Shown piece by piece: positions 27,162 to 38,908 of a stretch of DNA of 64,000 nt. How positions within the stretch are numbered: the stretch's first letter is position 1; each line of letters begins with the position of its first letter. A program made the position numbers and the translations under genes. The notes beneath the pieces are model-generated. The model did no database searches and was not told the DNA's origin. It was given only the letters and a program-made list of their open reading frames with translations. Source of the DNA: an uncultured Nitrospiraceae bacterium (GTDB taxonomy: Bacteria > Nitrospirota > Thermodesulfovibrionia > Thermodesulfovibrionales > Dissulfurispiraceae); assembly GCA_963705105.1 (NCBI GenBank), contig CAVPIW010000009.1, positions 294,896 through 358,895 on the forward strand. The letters run 5' to 3'.

Positions 27162-27651
27162 GCTTCCTGATGATATCGGGCGTCACTTCTTTGAAAGTGA
27201 GAAGCGACTTGCCGCCGTGATCGGTCATGAACTCCTTCGCGTCGGACTCCTTCGCAAAGGGGATGAGCTCCCTCCCCATCGGTCCGTAGACATTGCTCCC
27301 CATGACGTAGAAGGCACGGAACCCGTCGACGGGATTCATGCTGTAATAATCGGTGACGTAAAGGGCCTCGATGTCGGCCTGCTTCTTTGATGGATTGTAT
27401 TTTTTCAGGTTGAAATAGTATTTGAACATGTCCTTCATACCGTCGAAGTAGGCGCGAGAGCCGTCACGAAAGACCACCTCGACGATGAAATCGGGATACT
27501 TGGCGACGAACATGCCGCAGACGGGGCATTTGTCTTTTTGTGCAGGTTTCTGCGGCGTCCTGTCCGCCGCCGGGGCGATCACCGGAAGCGCAACGATGCA
27601 TAAGGCGCATATGACCAGGCGGAAGTACCGCATCAGCTGATTGGTTCGCAT
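27154..27651 (-). CDS. NosL-family copper chaperone-like protein
   Basis: Signal peptide; CPVCGM, FDGMKDM, YVTDYY, GSNVYGPMG.ELIPF. Confidence 0.88.
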   Translation of the reverse strand: MRTNQLMRYFRLVICALCIVALPVIAPAADRTPQKPAQKDKCPVCGMFVAKYPDFIVEVVFRDGSRAYFDGMKDMFKYYFNLKKYNPSKKQADIEALYVTDYYSMNPVDGFRAFYVMGSNVYGPMGRELIPFAKESDAKEFMTDHGGKSLLTFKEVTPDIIRKLD

Positions 27652-27727
27652 TCTTTCCTCCTAAATCTCTGTCGGCGAATCTGCAGATGATTCATACACA
27701 TTTTATCATCCTACAGTTTTGATGGAT

Positions 27728-27845
27728 TCGTAAAAGGCCTTCCAAACACTTGTCCGTCATTCCCGTGCAGACGGGAATCCAGTGTATTCAGTCAGTTTCT
27801 TCTGGTCTGGATACCCGCCTTCGCGGGTATGACGACTTTCTACGA
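27728..27845. repeat. REP-like palindromic element
   Basis: Core nearly identical to 3541-3661. Confidence 0.75.
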
Positions 27846-27926
27846 GGTCGTCAGTTTTGATTGCAGCTTTGTCTGATGATGAATTTCATTTTTTGCCTTT
27901 CAGTATCGCACAATCTCCCGTCCTTC

Positions 27927-27942
27927 TGCAAATTGAGCGCCA
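27927..27942 (-). promoter_or_regulatory. sigma54 promoter of the NosL-ABC operon
   Basis: Minus strand TGGCGCTCAATTTGCA; AT-rich tract and GGACA-N6-TGTCC palindrome (28001-28016) upstream. Confidence 0.8.
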
Positions 27943-28243
27943 TGCGCGTTGCCCGTCCTTGTTTTTTTCCGTCGAAAACGTATACATTACTTAATTATAT
28001 GGACACACCTCTGTCCGAAATAACGTACAGCGAGACCTTGAAAGCGAGGATCGGGCGTGGTTTCTGTGTCCATCGACTAACGAGAAGGGGCACGGAACGG
28101 CAATCGCTGCAGCATTCCTCCTGATCATGCCGTCGTTGCTGCTCTCCCTCTCGGAGACCCTGTCTCTTTCACGATCCATGAACTGAACATATGCACGAAA
28201 TCAATCTTCCTCACTGCGTACGGAAGGCTCTCCCGGTAAGCCG

Positions 28244-29599
28244 GTGACCGTCGCCATGCAGCGGACCGTCCGGATGCAATCGCTTGTCGATACACACGAC
28301 GAACCTTTCGTCGTCATCGACAGCAACCAGTGCATTTTGGCCGTCAACAGGGCTTTCGAGGAGACCTTCCGGTTCAGCCGGGAAGAGATCATCGGCAGGA
28401 AATGCCACGAGATGCTCACCGAGAATGGTTTTCCCTGCCATGAAAGAAACCGGATCGAATGCCCTTACAACATGGTCTTTCAGCGCAAAGAGCCGGGATC
28501 CTGCCAGCACGGCTATTACGATGAGACCGGCAAGCTGATCCATGTGACGATGAAGTCCTTTCCTCTCTTCGATGACGAGAGCACCCTCTACATGGGCATG
28601 TCGATCCATAAATTCGCGTCTGAAAGGCCCGGTGTATGTGATGTGAAGACGCAGCTCGCGGGGCGGTCGCCGGTCTTCCTTTCCTTTCTGGAAAAGATCG
28701 AAAGGGCGGCGCAGACGGAGAGCCCCGTCCTCCTGATGGGAGAGACCGGGACGGGGAAAGAGCTGGCTGCGGCCTATATTCATGAAAGGTCCGGACGGTG
28801 CCGGCAGCCCTTCATCACCATCGATTGTACCGTGCTCACGGAGAGCCTTTTCGAAAGCGAGGTCTTCGGCTATGAGCGTGGCGCCTTTACCGGGTCCTTC
28901 GGAACCAAGACGGGGCTCATCGAACTGGCCGACGGCGGGACGCTCTTTCTCGATGAAATCAGTGAGATACCGCTCACTATGCAGTCCAAGCTCCTGAGGG
29001 TGATCGAAAAGGGTGAATTCAGGAAACTGGCCGGCAAGCAGACGCAAAAGGCGGATATCCGCGTGATCTGCGCCACGAACCGGGACCTGCTGAGGAGCAT
29101 CGACGAAGGTCACTTCCGCAAAGACCTGTACTACCGGATCGCCGTGTTTTCCGTTCCCCTGCCGCCGCTGCGGGAACGTATCAGCGACGTGGCTGTCATA
29201 GCAGAGGAAGTGCTCCGGCAAATCGGGGACGAAAGGGGACTCCGGTTCACCTTGAATGATGACGCGCTGAGGGAACTCATGGCATATTCTTATCCCGGAA
29301 ATGTCAGGGAGTTGCGCAACATCCTTCACCTGGCGGCCTCGTACAGCACGGACGGTTCCATAACCCCCGCGGAGATCGGCAGGTACCCGTTTTTTGCGAA
29401 GGCTGCGGTACCGGAGACACGGGGAGACCGCGGCGGAGAGGAGCATCAACCCTCCGGGAAGTCCATGGACTCCGTCGAGACGAACCTCATCCGGGAAACA
29501 CTGAGCAAATGGGGCGGCAGCAGAAGGCAGACGGCGAAAACACTGGGCGTCAGCGAGAGGACACTGTACCGGAAAATGAAACGTTTCGGCATCCAATAA
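28244..29599 (+). CDS. PAS-domain sigma54-dependent transcriptional activator (AAA+, Fis-type HTH)
   Basis: Cys-rich PAS; GETGTGKE; GAFTGS; GGTLFLDEI; PGNVREL; LGVSERTLYRK. Exact start uncertain. Confidence 0.92.
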   Translation: MTVAMQRTVRMQSLVDTHDEPFVVIDSNQCILAVNRAFEETFRFSREEIIGRKCHEMLTENGFPCHERNRIECPYNMVFQRKEPGSCQHGYYDETGKLIHVTMKSFPLFDDESTLYMGMSIHKFASERPGVCDVKTQLAGRSPVFLSFLEKIERAAQTESPVLLMGETGTGKELAAAYIHERSGRCRQPFITIDCTVLTESLFESEVFGYERGAFTGSFGTKTGLIELADGGTLFLDEISEIPLTMQSKLLRVIEKGEFRKLAGKQTQKADIRVICATNRDLLRSIDEGHFRKDLYYRIAVFSVPLPPLRERISDVAVIAEEVLRQIGDERGLRFTLNDDALRELMAYSYPGNVRELRNILHLAASYSTDGSITPAEIGRYPFFAKAAVPETRGDRGGEEHQPSGKSMDSVETNLIRETLSKWGGSRRQTAKTLGVSERTLYRKMKRFGIQ

Positions 29600-29614
29600 G
29601 CGAGGCGGTCAACG

Positions 29615-29989
29615 ATGAACTTCATCCTCAGAACGGTCATCTTTCTTATCGGCCTCCTGCTGTTCTGGGCGATCATCGAACTCATCAAGAGGAGGCGGCT
29701 GAGGGAGGATCTGTCAGTCGTCTGGCTCATAACAGGCCTGGGCCTGATGGTCAGCTCCGTTGCGGACTATATCATCGATCCCATTGCCCTGAGCCTCGGC
29801 ATCAGCTATCCGCCGGTCCTCGTCTTCCTGATCATCTTTTTCCTCATCGTCCTGGTCATCCTTTATTTCTCTATCGTCGTTTCGGACCTGAAGAGCAAGA
29901 ACAAGGAGCTGAGCCAGAAGATCGCCCTGCTCGAGTTCCGTGTGCGTCGGGATGCCCGCGGCGAAGACACATCGCGCCGCCCGTCCTGA
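29615..29989 (+). CDS. DUF2304-like membrane protein
   Basis: Three TM segments, LGISYPP, C-terminal ELSQKIALLE coil. Confidence 0.7.
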   Translation: MNFILRTVIFLIGLLLFWAIIELIKRRRLREDLSVVWLITGLGLMVSSVADYIIDPIALSLGISYPPVLVFLIIFFLIVLVILYFSIVVSDLKSKNKELSQKIALLEFRVRRDARGEDTSRRPS

Positions 29990-30004
29990 ACCACCCCTCC
30001 CCTG

Positions 30005-31180
30005 ATGGCATCCTGCGATCCAGAGACCTTCCACCGGTCCGCCATAGAGAAGATATTCGAAGCCCCCTTTTCAACGGCAACGAGTGTCCGGCTCCTCCCG
30101 AAGGGAAGTGATTCCTTTCATACGATCTTCAGTGCCCTCAGGGAGGCGAAGACACTCATCTGTCTCGAATTCTACATATTCCGGAACGACGAGACGGGCG
30201 GGGAAGTGGCCGAAATCCTGAAGGGAAAAAGCCGGAAGGGCGTGCAGGTCTGCCTTCTCTATGACCACTTCGGGTCTTTCGGGACACCCCGGTCCTTCTG
30301 GCGGGACATGAGAGATCACGGCATCTCGATCAGGGCCTCACGGCCCTTCAAGTGGACCATCCCCTTTCATTACGCACACCGTGACCACAGGAAGGTCATC
30401 ATTGTCGACAACAGGACTGCTTTCACCGGCGGCCTGAACATCGCGAACGAATACAGCGGTTTTCACCTGAAACTGCGCGGCCGGAGCTGGCGGGACACGG
30501 GCATCCTCCTCGAGGGACCCGTTGTCGCCGACCTCCTGAACACGTTTAAAAAAAGCTGGTACGCCTGGGGCGGCGAGCCGATCCCCGGCAGGGACCCCAC
30601 TTGGCCGGAACGTGAAAAGAGGGGGCCGGCGGAACTGCCCGTTCTTCCCATTTTCACCGATTCGGCAAGGGCGCGGAGACGGATGAGACGTCTCCTCTAT
30701 TACAGCATCAACAGGGCGCGTCAGGACATCTGCCTGACGACGGCGTACTTCACCCCGAGCAGAAGACTCATGGAGGCCCTGGAAGATGCTGTGAGGCGGG
30801 GCGTCAGGGTGAGGCTCCTCGTTCCCGGCGTCAGTGACGTACCCGCGGCATCCTATGCGGGAAGGGCCTCTTTTACACGCCTCCTCAGGGCGGGTATCGA
30901 AATTTACACCTATCAGGGAGATATCCTGCACGCCAAATTGTACGTCTTTGACGGCTGCTGGAGCGTCATCGGCTCAGCCAACCTGGATTTCCTTTCGATG
31001 CGGTTCAACGACGAGGGCAATGTAGGCATACTCGACGAGGGCTTCGGGCACATCATGACGGACGTCTTTGAGCAGGACCTGAAACGGTCCGTCAGAATCG
31101 ACGAGGAAGAGTGGCGAAGGAGACCGCTCTGGGAAAAGGTGAAGGAGCGTTTCTTCATCCTCTTCAGGAGAAGGCTGTAG
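30005..31180 (+). CDS. cls: Cardiolipin synthase-like phospholipase D (ClsB type)
   Basis: Two HKD motifs HRKVIIVD and HAKLYVFD; GGLNI, GSANLD. Confidence 0.88.
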   Translation: MASCDPETFHRSAIEKIFEAPFSTATSVRLLPKGSDSFHTIFSALREAKTLICLEFYIFRNDETGGEVAEILKGKSRKGVQVCLLYDHFGSFGTPRSFWRDMRDHGISIRASRPFKWTIPFHYAHRDHRKVIIVDNRTAFTGGLNIANEYSGFHLKLRGRSWRDTGILLEGPVVADLLNTFKKSWYAWGGEPIPGRDPTWPEREKRGPAELPVLPIFTDSARARRRMRRLLYYSINRARQDICLTTAYFTPSRRLMEALEDAVRRGVRVRLLVPGVSDVPAASYAGRASFTRLLRAGIEIYTYQGDILHAKLYVFDGCWSVIGSANLDFLSMRFNDEGNVGILDEGFGHIMTDVFEQDLKRSVRIDEEEWRRRPLWEKVKERFFILFRRRL

Positions 31181-31213
31181 GACAGTGTGAGTGTGAGTGT
31201 CAGTGTGAGTGAA
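31181..31213 (+). repeat. Solo GACAGTGTG(AGTGTG)n-AGTGAA tract
   Basis: Begins immediately after the cls stop codon; same unit type as the 25405-25680 array. Confidence 0.8.
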
Positions 31214-31317
31214 GAAAATTCACCTGGCAAAAAGAGGCGGGGCCTGTGACCTCCGCGGCTCAATAGATGTTTTGGCTTTTCTTGGCGCTCTTTGCGGGCT
31301 TTGCGTGAGACAGACAG

Positions 31318-31360
31318 AAAAACAAAGGGGGGCGAGTGTCGCCCCCCTGGTTTTCTTTTC
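31318..31360. terminator. Bidirectional terminator between cls and atpC
   Basis: GGGGGGCGA-gtg-TCGCCCCCC with A-rich and T-rich flanks. Confidence 0.75.
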
Positions 31361-31378
31361 TGCTAACTCGGCGTTTTT

Positions 31379-31780
31379 CTAACGCTTTCCTCCGAGCTGG
31401 ATGCGCATCGTCGCCCGTTCGAGGGCTGCCGTGGCACGGCCGAAGTCGATATCCGCAGCCTTTCTCAGGCGTTCTTCCGCCCTCGCCATCGCGGCCTTGG
31501 CCCTTTCCACATCGATCTCCTCGGCCTTCTCGGCGCTGTCGGCGAGAATGACGACCTTCTCGAAGGTCACTTCGGCATACCCTGAGTTGACGAAGACAAA
31601 GGTCGACGCATTTCCCTTCTTATAGGAAAGGAGCCCGATCTTCAGCGTCGTGATGAAGGGCACATGGCCCGGCAGGACGCCGAATTCACCCTCCGTCCCC
31701 GCCGCCGTGATCTCGTCGACCTCCTCGCTCAGGATGAGCCCGTAGGGAGTCACAATTTCGAGTGTCAGCTTATTATCCAT
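31379..31780 (-). CDS. atpC: ATP synthase F1 epsilon
   Basis: LEIVTP, GEFGVLPGH, EEIDVERA. Confidence 0.96.
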   Translation of the reverse strand: MDNKLTLEIVTPYGLILSEEVDEITAAGTEGEFGVLPGHVPFITTLKIGLLSYKKGNASTFVFVNSGYAEVTFEKVVILADSAEKAEEIDVERAKAAMARAEERLRKAADIDFGRATAALERATMRIQLGGKR

Positions 31781-31821
31781 ATCTTCCGTTCCTCACTTAT
31801 CAGGGCTGCTCAATCCGTCCT

Positions 31822-34145
<2,324 letters not shown>

Positions 34146-34173
34146 GTATCTACCTCGTTTCTGAGATATTCAG

Positions 34174-35682
34174 CTACGCGATGAAGCCTTTCTTGAACTC
34201 GTCAATGATCGCGACGAGTTTCTCTTTCATCGAGTCATCGATTACCTTCTTATCCCGCATCTCGTTTCTCACATCCGCCTTCCTGTCCTTCAGATAGGTG
34301 AGGAATTCGGCTTCGAACTTCTTGATCGCTTCAACGGGGATGTCGTCGAGATAGCCCTGCGTTCCGGCAAAGATGATGATGATCTGGTCCTCGACGGGAA
34401 GAGGGACATACTGGTCCTGCTTCAGGAGCTCGACCATGCGCTTTCCTCTCTCGATCTGGGAAAGCGTCGACTTGTCGAGGTCGGCGCCGAACTGCGCAAA
34501 GGCAGCCAGCTCCCTGAACTGGGCGAGGTCGAGGCGGAGTGTGCCGGCGACCTGCTTCATGGCCTTCGTCTGGGCTGCGCCGCCGACGCGGCTGACGGAG
34601 AGACCGACGTTGACGGCCGGACGGACACCGGCGTAAAAGAGGTCGGGCTCGAGGTAGATCTGGCCGTCCGTAATGGAGATGACGTTCGTCGGAATATAGG
34701 CGGACACGTCACCGGCCTGCGTTTCGATGACCGGCAGGGCCGTCAGTGAACCGCCTCCGAGTTCCTCGCTCAGCTTCGACGCCCTTTCGAGCAGACGGGA
34801 GTGGAGATAGAAAACGTCGCCGGGGAAGGCCTCACGTCCGGGCGGCCTTCTCAGGAGGAGCGAGAGCTGCCTGTATGAGGTGGCCTGCTTGCTCAGGTCA
34901 TCGTATATGATCAGGGCATGTCTTTTATTATCCCTGAAGAACTCACCGATGGCGCAGCCTGTATAGGGTGCGATGTACTGAAGGGGCGCCGGCTCGCTCG
35001 CCGTCGACGACACGACGATGGTGTGGTCCATGGCGCCGTGCTCTTCGAGAATCTTGACGACGCGGGCGACGCTGGCCCTTTTCTGCCCGACGGCGACATA
35101 GATGCAGATGACGTCTCCGCCCTTCTGATTGATGATCGCGTCGATGGCGATGGCGGTCTTTCCGGTCTGACGGTCGCCGATGATAAGCTCACGCTGGCCG
35201 CGGCCGATGGGGATCATCGAGTCGATCGCCTTGACGCCCGTCTGGAGAGGCTCGCGGACGGGCTGACGGTCGATGATGCCGGGGGCGACGACGTCGACGA
35301 TGCGGGTCAGCGTGGTTGCAATGGGACCCTTGCCGTCTATGGGCTGCCCGATGGCATTCAGGACCCTGCCGACCATGGCGTCACCGACGGGAACGGACAT
35401 GATACGTCCCGTCCTCTTCACCACATCGCCTTCCTTGATCAGGGTATCCTCGCCGAAGAGAACGGTGCCGATCATGTCCTCCTCGAGGTTGAGCGCCATA
35501 CCGTAGATGCCGTTGGGGAACTCGAGGAGCTCCGATGACATGCAGTTGTCGAGACCGTAGACCCTGGCGATACCGTCACCGACGCTCGTGACGACGCCGA
35601 CTTCGCTGACGTCGACCCGTTTTTCAAAATCCGTGATCTGCTTCTTCAGATACTCGCTGATCTCTTCTACCTTGATTTCCAT
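34174..35682 (-). CDS. atpA: ATP synthase F1 alpha
   Basis: [31 protein letters not shown]. Confidence 0.98.
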   Translation of the reverse strand: MEIKVEEISEYLKKQITDFEKRVDVSEVGVVTSVGDGIARVYGLDNCMSSELLEFPNGIYGMALNLEEDMIGTVLFGEDTLIKEGDVVKRTGRIMSVPVGDAMVGRVLNAIGQPIDGKGPIATTLTRIVDVVAPGIIDRQPVREPLQTGVKAIDSMIPIGRGQRELIIGDRQTGKTAIAIDAIINQKGGDVICIYVAVGQKRASVARVVKILEEHGAMDHTIVVSSTASEPAPLQYIAPYTGCAIGEFFRDNKRHALIIYDDLSKQATSYRQLSLLLRRPPGREAFPGDVFYLHSRLLERASKLSEELGGGSLTALPVIETQAGDVSAYIPTNVISITDGQIYLEPDLFYAGVRPAVNVGLSVSRVGGAAQTKAMKQVAGTLRLDLAQFRELAAFAQFGADLDKSTLSQIERGKRMVELLKQDQYVPLPVEDQIIIIFAGTQGYLDDIPVEAIKKFEAEFLTYLKDRKADVRNEMRDKKVIDDSMKEKLVAIIDEFKKGFIA

Positions 35683-35686
35683 TCTT

Positions 35687-36226
35687 TCACCCCTTAATGA
35701 GCTTATCTTTCAAAAGCCCTAACTGGCCTTTTATGCTGCTGTCATACATGGTGCTTCCGACCTGGATGCGCACGCCGCCGAGCAGGGAGGGATCCATGAC
35801 GAACTCGAGATCGATGTCCCTGCCCGTGATCCGCTTGAGAGCCCCGGCGAGCTTCTCCTGATACTCCTTGCCGATCTCCGCCGGCGTCGTGACGACGGCC
35901 TTCGCCCTCTTTTTCATCTCCAGGTATATCTGGACGATGGACTTCGAAATCTGCGGCAGGGCGCCCATGACCTGTACGTCCGAAAGGTACTGCAGGTATT
36001 TGGCCGTCTTTTCGGATATATTCAGCTTTTGAGAGAGGAAGGAAAGGGTTGCGCTCCTCTCTTCCGGGGAGAATATGGGGCTCATCAGGAGGTTCTTGAA
36101 GCTCTTGTCCTTACCCATGAGGGTATTGATGGCCTCAAATTGAGCGAGCGCCTGAGGCACCTCGGCCAAATCGACGCTGCTCAGGAACTGCTTCGCGTAT
36201 TTCTTGACACCTTTGACCTTTCTCAA
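35687..36226 (-). CDS. atpH: ATP synthase delta
   Basis: [23 protein letters not shown]; operon position. Confidence 0.92.
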   Translation of the reverse strand: MRKVKGVKKYAKQFLSSVDLAEVPQALAQFEAINTLMGKDKSFKNLLMSPIFSPEERSATLSFLSQKLNISEKTAKYLQYLSDVQVMGALPQISKSIVQIYLEMKKRAKAVVTTPAEIGKEYQEKLAGALKRITGRDIDLEFVMDPSLLGGVRIQVGSTMYDSSIKGQLGLLKDKLIKG

Positions 36227-36825
36227 TTTCTTCCCTCTATCAGTTTCAGAGATTCTTGCAGGAGTTTCTCCTGGTCCTTCTCCGTGAGCTTGTTCTTGAT
36301 CTTTTCCTCAGCCAGCTGCATGGCGGCATCGACAGCCTCGGCCTGGATGACCTCCTTGGCCCTCTTGACCTCGAAATCGATGTTGGTCTTGGCCTGCGCG
36401 AGGATCTTCTCCTTCATTTTTTCGCCTTCCTCGACCAGCCTCACCTTCTCCCGCTCGCCTGACTCCTTCGCCGAGGCGATAATCTCGGCGACTTCCTTGT
36501 CCTTGAGCTTCAGTCTCTGCTCAACCTCCGACAGGGCCTTCCGGGCAAGCTCCTTCGCTTCCTGAGAATCCTTGATGCTCTTCTCGATCAGCTCCTGGCG
36601 CTGCTGCAGATAGCCTTTGAGTGGCTTCCCCGCGAACTTGACCAGAACGAAGACAAGGATCGCAAAATTCACGATCTTCCAGACCCACTCCATGGGAGAG
36701 GTCTCAGCATGTTCTCCCCCTCCCCCGGCGGCGATCGCCGCTGCGGGCAGGAGGGCCATGACGGCGCATAATCCGGCGCTGCACAGCAGGAGAAACCGTT
36801 TCATTCCCATCCGTCCCCTTTTCAT
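36223..36825 (-). CDS. atpF: ATP synthase F0 subunit b
   Basis: WKIVNFAILV TM followed by a charged coil. Confidence 0.9.
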   Translation of the reverse strand: MKRGRMGMKRFLLLCSAGLCAVMALLPAAAIAAGGGGEHAETSPMEWVWKIVNFAILVFVLVKFAGKPLKGYLQQRQELIEKSIKDSQEAKELARKALSEVEQRLKLKDKEVAEIIASAKESGEREKVRLVEEGEKMKEKILAQAKTNIDFEVKRAKEVIQAEAVDAAMQLAEEKIKNKLTEKDQEKLLQESLKLIEGRN

Positions 36826-37241
36826 ACGTTCACCAGCTTCCTCACGATTTCATCAGAGAATTTTTCCACATCGGCCTTGAGGGCCGCCCTTGCCTTTTCA
36901 GTTTCGCCCTGAAGCTCTTTCCGCGCCTTCTCGATCATCGCAACGGCCTCCTGCTCGGTTTTCGAGAGGACCTCTTTCTGCTGCGCGAGGCCGGCTTCCC
37001 TCAGCTCGCTGTAAGCCGCCTTTGCGTTATTCCTCGCTGCAAGGAGTTCGGCGTTCATCTTCGCGATCGCGTCGTCCTTCTTTGCCGTCATCGACCTGGC
37101 TTCGCCGAGGGCGTCACCGATCACTTTTTCACGTTCCTTGAGGATTTTGGCGAGGGGTCTGAAGAGGACTGTTGTGAGGATAACGAGCAAGACAAGAAAG
37201 TTTGCGAGAAGCACGAAAAACCATTGATTAAATTCTAACAT
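36822..37241 (-). CDS. atpF2: ATP synthase F0 subunit b'
   Basis: MLEFNQWFFVLLANFLVL..LFRPL then coil; start placed at ATG 37241. Confidence 0.88.
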   Translation of the reverse strand: MLEFNQWFFVLLANFLVLLVILTTVLFRPLAKILKEREKVIGDALGEARSMTAKKDDAIAKMNAELLAARNNAKAAYSELREAGLAQQKEVLSKTEQEAVAMIEKARKELQGETEKARAALKADVEKFSDEIVRKLVNV

Positions 37242-37478
37242 AGCTTCACCTTCTCTTCTCCGTGGTCTGAAATGGGCTGAATAAATTGGATAGAACTCTA
37301 CCACAGCGATTTCTTTTTGTCAAGGAAATTTGCCCTGAAAAGCCCGTATTTTCTTATAATTTCTTTAAATGTTTTTTTAAGAATTTCTTATATCGGGAAA
37401 GCAGGAAACAACACTGGAATCCAAAATAAGGTGGCCCGAGGACGGGGTATGATTTTTCCTCGAAGAGGCAAGACGGGA

Positions 37479-38642
37479 TTAGGCGTGACGGTATGCTCTG
37501 ACGGTCTCTGTGAGGAGTGCGGCCGCCCTTGATATCTCTTCGGCGGTGTTGTCCTTTCCGAGGCTCAGCCGCAGCGACGCGAGGGCATCCTCGTCGGACA
37601 GGCCCATCGCCTTGAGGACGGCAGAAGGCCGTCTCATGCCTGCGTGGCAGGCCGAACCGGACGACAGGGCGACGCGGTCGCTCAGCCGCTGGACGATGTC
37701 GTCCGCGACGACGCCGGGCACGGAGATATTAAGAGTGTTGGGCAGCCTCTCAGCGCCCCGGCCGTTCACATGGAGAGTGAGATGCTCCTGCAGGAGCGAG
37801 AGGAGAAGTTCCCTGAGCGCATGGGTGTGCGCGGCCCGCTCCCTGCCCTTCAGGGCGGCGACCTCGCAGGCCTTGCCCAGGCCGGCTATGGCGACGGTGT
37901 TTTCCGTGCCGGGCCTCATCCCCCTCTCGTGTCCCGCTCCGAAGAGGATCGGCAGGGGGATCGCCCCGGCGCTCCCGGGGGAGGGATGGCCGTCACCAGC
38001 GCCGCTGAATCCCCTGATGAAGAGTGCGCCTGTGCCCTTCGGCCCATAGAACTTGTGGGGCACGACGGTGAGCATGTCGGCGCCGAGGGCATCGACGGAG
38101 ACATCCACCTTGCCGACGCTCTGGGCCGCATCGGTATGGAAAAGGATGCCGCGGCTTCTTGCGATAAGGCCGATGTCCCGGAGCGGCTGGATCACTCCCG
38201 TCTCATTGTTCGCGTGCATGATCGTGATGAGGACCGTGTCCGGCCTGATCGCCCTGGTCACGTCGTCGGGGTCGACCATCCCGGAACGGTCGACGGGCAG
38301 AAAGGTGACGCTGAACCCCTTTCCTTCGAGCCACCGGGCGGGATTGATCACCGAAGGGTGCTCGATGACGGAGGTGATGATGTGGCCCCTTTCGCGCCGG
38401 AAGGCGGTGCCGATGATGGCAAGGTTGTTCGCCTCGGTCCCGCCGGAGGTGAACAGGACATCGCCGGGGTCCGCGGACAACAGGCCCGCCACGGCATGGC
38501 GCGCATCCTCAATGATACGCCGCGCCGCCCTGCCGATGCTGTGACCGCTTGAGGGGTTGCCGAAGAACGGGAGGGCGCCCGTCATCGCCTCCCTGACCTC
38601 TTCGTCAAGGGGTGTCGTGGCGTTGTAATCGAGGTAGATCAT
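37479..38642 (-). CDS. Cysteine desulfurase (IscS/NifS family)
   Basis: MIYLDYNATT, GNPSS, HTDAAQ, HKFYGPKG, SSGSACH. Confidence 0.92.
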   Translation of the reverse strand: MIYLDYNATTPLDEEVREAMTGALPFFGNPSSGHSIGRAARRIIEDARHAVAGLLSADPGDVLFTSGGTEANNLAIIGTAFRRERGHIITSVIEHPSVINPARWLEGKGFSVTFLPVDRSGMVDPDDVTRAIRPDTVLITIMHANNETGVIQPLRDIGLIARSRGILFHTDAAQSVGKVDVSVDALGADMLTVVPHKFYGPKGTGALFIRGFSGAGDGHPSPGSAGAIPLPILFGAGHERGMRPGTENTVAIAGLGKACEVAALKGRERAAHTHALRELLLSLLQEHLTLHVNGRGAERLPNTLNISVPGVVADDIVQRLSDRVALSSGSACHAGMRRPSAVLKAMGLSDEDALASLRLSLGKDNTAEEISRAAALLTETVRAYRHA

Positions 38643-38724
38643 TTCATCGGGGTCCAAAATAACGTGACACGAGGATAGGTCATGCTTTCTTCGCAAAATA
38701 AACCCTTATCGCCGCAATGAGATC

Positions 38725-38888
38725 TCCGGAAAGACGGGGCGAATGCGCCGAAAAGCATCGGTGCTGCGAAACCTCTGCCTTCCCGTACAGACCATTGCAG
38801 ACCAACGATCGAACAAAATTAACCTTTTACTGACACTCACACTGACACTGACACTGTTTTTCGGAGCGTTTTGCCCCGCCTTTCCGGA
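38725..38888. repeat. Miniature inverted-repeat element with CACACT/GACACT tract
   Basis: TCCGGAAAGACGGGGCGAA...TTGCCCCGCCTTTCCGGA termini. Confidence 0.75.
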
Positions 38889-38908
38889 AGGCGTATGCAA
38901 CGATAATG

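Noticed and set aside
27154..27651. Nitrous oxide reduction pathway
   Set aside because: NosL-family gene alone; no nosZ, nosD or nosR in the window.
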